From Chiloscyllium plagiosum (taxonomy: Eukaryota), in the NCBI RefSeq assembly GCF_004010195.1, contig NC_057726.1:62184850-62248849 (forward strand): a stretch of 64,000 bases of DNA. The letters are read 5' to 3'. The notes beneath the pieces were generated by a model that was given only the letters and a program-made list of their open reading frames with translations, did not search any database and was not told the DNA's origin. The position numbers and the translations under genes are program-made. Positions 60,985 through 64,000 of this stretch are shown here, in pieces (within the stretch, counting starts at the first letter, position 1; each line of letters begins with the position of its first letter).

Positions 60985-63900
60985 CAAAACAACAGCAGTT
61001 TAAAAGGGAGAAGAGCAGACGAAGGAAGCACTTGGTGAGGGCAGTGCAGGAGAGAGAGAGAGGGAGAGAGTGAACCTGCATCATTACCGCCTTTGCTGTT
61101 TGAATTTGTGTATCGCTGGATATCGGAGTGCATCTGGGAAAATTAACAAACAGTGAAATTTACAACTAATCTTGGAGGAACTGTTGGGTGAAGTTCACAG
61201 AACAGAATCAGATAAGTTAATTGTTTTTTTTTAGATTAGATTAGATTAGATTACAGTGTGGAAACAGGCCCTTCGGCCCAACAAGTGGCGCTGTGAGGCA
61301 GCAGTGCTAACCACTGTGCCACCGTGTCGCCCACAAGTCTGCCCACAAGTTTTAAGTCTGTCCAAGAGAAAGGCTGCAGTAGTGAGTCTCGTGGATTCTT
61401 TCTAGATTATATGTTTTTGGAGATAAGTCTCCTGATTAAACTTAAAATATAAGCCATAGCTATTAATTTAACCTGGGGCAGTGTTTGTAGAGGAATAAGA
61501 CGGTGTTATTTTCTGGATCTCTAGATTGTGAAGGAGCAAAAATGGCCTTTGCAGTGATATGTACTTCTTGTCAGATGTGGGAGGTTAAAGAGAGTTTAAG
61601 GGTTACTGCGGATTATATCTGCCATAAATGCTGTTGGATGTGAATCTTATCAGATCGAGTGGATCAGTTGGAAAGACAGTAAAGCGATGAGGAATTTGCA
61701 ACAGCAACAGTATGTGATGGATGGCAGTTATAGGAAGAGGATAAAGTCTCAGATACAGCCACATAAATGGGTTAACTCCAGGAAGGGTGAGAGAGGTCGG
61801 CACCTAGGGCAGGACTCTTTTGTGGATATACCCATTTCAAACAGGTATGCTGTTTTGGAAAATGTAGGGGGTGATGGATTCTCAGGGGAACATAGCACGA
61901 ACAGCCAGGTTTCTGGTATTGAGGCTGGCTCTCATGCAATGAAGGGTATATCGGCTTCCAAGAGATCAATTGTGTTAGGTGATTCTGTAGTCAGAGTTAT
62001 AGACAGACGTTTCTGTGGCCAGCAGAGAAAAGGCAAAATGGTGTGTTGCTTCCCTGGTGCCAGGATCAAGGATGTCTCAGAGAGCGTGCAGAATGTTCTC
62101 ACGAGAGAGAGGGGCCAGCAGGAGGTCATTATCCACACTGGAACCAACGACATTGGAAGGGAAAAGGTTGAGACTCTTGAAGGGAGATTACAGAGAGTTA
62201 GGCAGAAATTTAAAAAGGAGGACATCAAGGGTAGTAATATTTGGATTACTCCCAGTGCTACAAGCTAGTGAGGGCAGGAATAGGAGGATAGAGCAGATGA
62301 ATGCATAGCTGAAGAGCTGGTGCATGGGAGAAGGATTCACATTTTTGGATCATTGGAATCTCTTTTAGGGTAGAAGTGACCTGTACAAGAAGGACGGATT
62401 ACATCTAAATTGGAAGGGGACTAACATACTGGCAGGGAAATTTGCTAGAACTGCTTGGGAGGATTTAAACTAGTCAGGTGAGGGGGTGGGACCTAGGGAG
62501 ATAGTGAGGAAAGAGATCGATCTGAGACGGGTACAGCTGAGAACAGAAGTAGGTCAAACACTCAGGGCAGGCAGGGACAAGGAAGGACTAATAAATTAAA
62601 CTGCATTTGTTTCCATGCTAGGGACCTTACAGGGAAGGCAGATGAACTCAGGGCTTGGTTAGGAACATGGGACTGGGATATCATAGCAATTACGGAAACA
62701 TGGCTCAGGGATGGGCAGGACTGGCAACTTAATGTTCTAGGATACAAATGCTACAGGAAGGATAGAAAGGGAGGCAACAGAGGAGGGGGAGTGGCATTTT
62801 TGATCAGGGATAGCATTACAGCTGTGCTGAGGGAGGATATTCCCGGAAATACATCCAGGAAAGTTATTTGGGTGGAACTGAGAAATAAGAAAGGGATGAT
62901 CACCTGTTTGGGATTGTATTATAGAGCCCCAATACTCAGAGGGAAATTGAGAAACAAACTTGTAAGGAGATCTCAGCTATCTGTAAGAATAATAGGGTAG
63001 TTATGGTAGGGGATTTTAACATTCCAAACATCGATTGGGACTGCCATAGTGTTAAGGGTTTAGATGGAGAGGAATTTCTTAAGTGTGTACAAGACAATTT
63101 CCTGATTCAGTATGTGGATGTACCTACTAGAGAAGGTGCAAAACTTGACCTACTCTCGGGAAATAAGGCAGGGCAGATGACTGAGGTGTCAGTGGCTGAG
63201 CACTTTGGATCCAGCGACCATAATTCTATTAGATTTAAAATAGTTATGGAAAAGGATAGACCAGATCTAAAAGTTGAAGTTCTAAATTGGAGAAAGGCCA
63301 ATTTTGGAGGTATTACACAAGAACTTTCGAAATCTGATTGGAGGCAGATGTTTGAAGGTAAAGGGGTGGCTGGAAAATGGGAAGCCTTCAGAAATGAGAT
63401 AACAAGAATCCAGAGAAAGTATATTCCTGTCAGGCTGAAAGGGAAAGCTGGTCGGTATAGGAAATGCTGGATGACTAAAGAAATTGAGGGTTTGGTTAAG
63501 AAAACGAAGGAAGCATATGTCAGGTATAGACAGGATAGATCGAGTGAATCCTTAGAAGGGTAAAAAGGAAGGAGGAGTATACTTCAGCGGAAAATTAGGA
63601 GTGCAAAACGGGAACATGAGATAGGTTTGGCAAATAGAATTAAGGAGAATCCAAAGTGTTTTTACAAATATATTAAGGACAAAAGGGAAACTAGGAAGAG
63701 AATAGGTCCCCTCAAAGATCAGAAAGGCAGCCTTTGTGTGGAGCCACAGAAAATGGGGGAGATATTAAATGAATATTTTATATCAGTATTTACTGTGGAA
63801 AAGAATATGGAAGATATAGACTGTAGGGAAATAGATGGTGACATCTGTCCAGATTACAGAGGAGGAAGTGCTGGATGTCTTGAAACGGTTAAAAGTGAAT

Positions 63901-64000
63901 AAATCCCCAGTACCTGATCAATTGTACCCGAGAACTCTGTGGGAAGTAAGAGAAGTGATTGCTGGGCCTCTTGCTGAGATATTTGTATCATCGGTAGTCG
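60985..64000 (+). mobile_element. CR1 LINE with retained 5' end: 5'UTR, ORF1 (Zn-finger, SGNH esterase), ORF2 endonuclease; runs off window
   Basis: ATG 61542 MAFAVICTSCQMWE..YICHKC, IVLGDSVVR, HTGTNDI, DIIAITETWL, GDFN, SDHN; scattered stops and frameshifts. Confidence 0.95.
61231..61338 (-). mobile_element. Internally deleted HE1 SINE in the CR1 5'UTR
   Basis: (TTAGA)n tail and 3' end joined directly to the ~50-bp 5' head at cccaacaagt|ggcgctgtgagg. Confidence 0.85.

Overview
Repeat-rich vertebrate genomic DNA, almost certainly a shark (HE1-type SINEs, CR1/HER1 LINEs with esterase ORF1, Penelope-like elements; species not determinable from sequence). One assembly gap (13133-13851). The informative content is a tandem cluster of minus-strand immunoglobulin-superfamily receptor genes. 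(1) An apparently intact 7-exon gene at 10509-15662 encodes signal peptide, a compact V domain with germline-joined J-like G strand, one C1-set domain, an uncharged TM segment and a tail with four ITIM/ITSM-type tyrosine motifs (SIRP-like inhibitory receptor with antigen-receptor-like VJ-C1 ectodomain). (2) A full-length pseudogene paralog at ~33960-39426, absent from the ORF track, has the same seven exons and a conserved ETS+CRE promoter. Shared flanking anchors suggest a third repeat unit beginning near 50 kb. The remainder is nested CR1, Penelope (with hammerhead-like motifs), SINE, hAT and Gypsy debris, plus a 1.15-kb direct duplication bracketing a 1.87-kb insert. All exon and repeat calls come from manual reading and translation; no database search was run.
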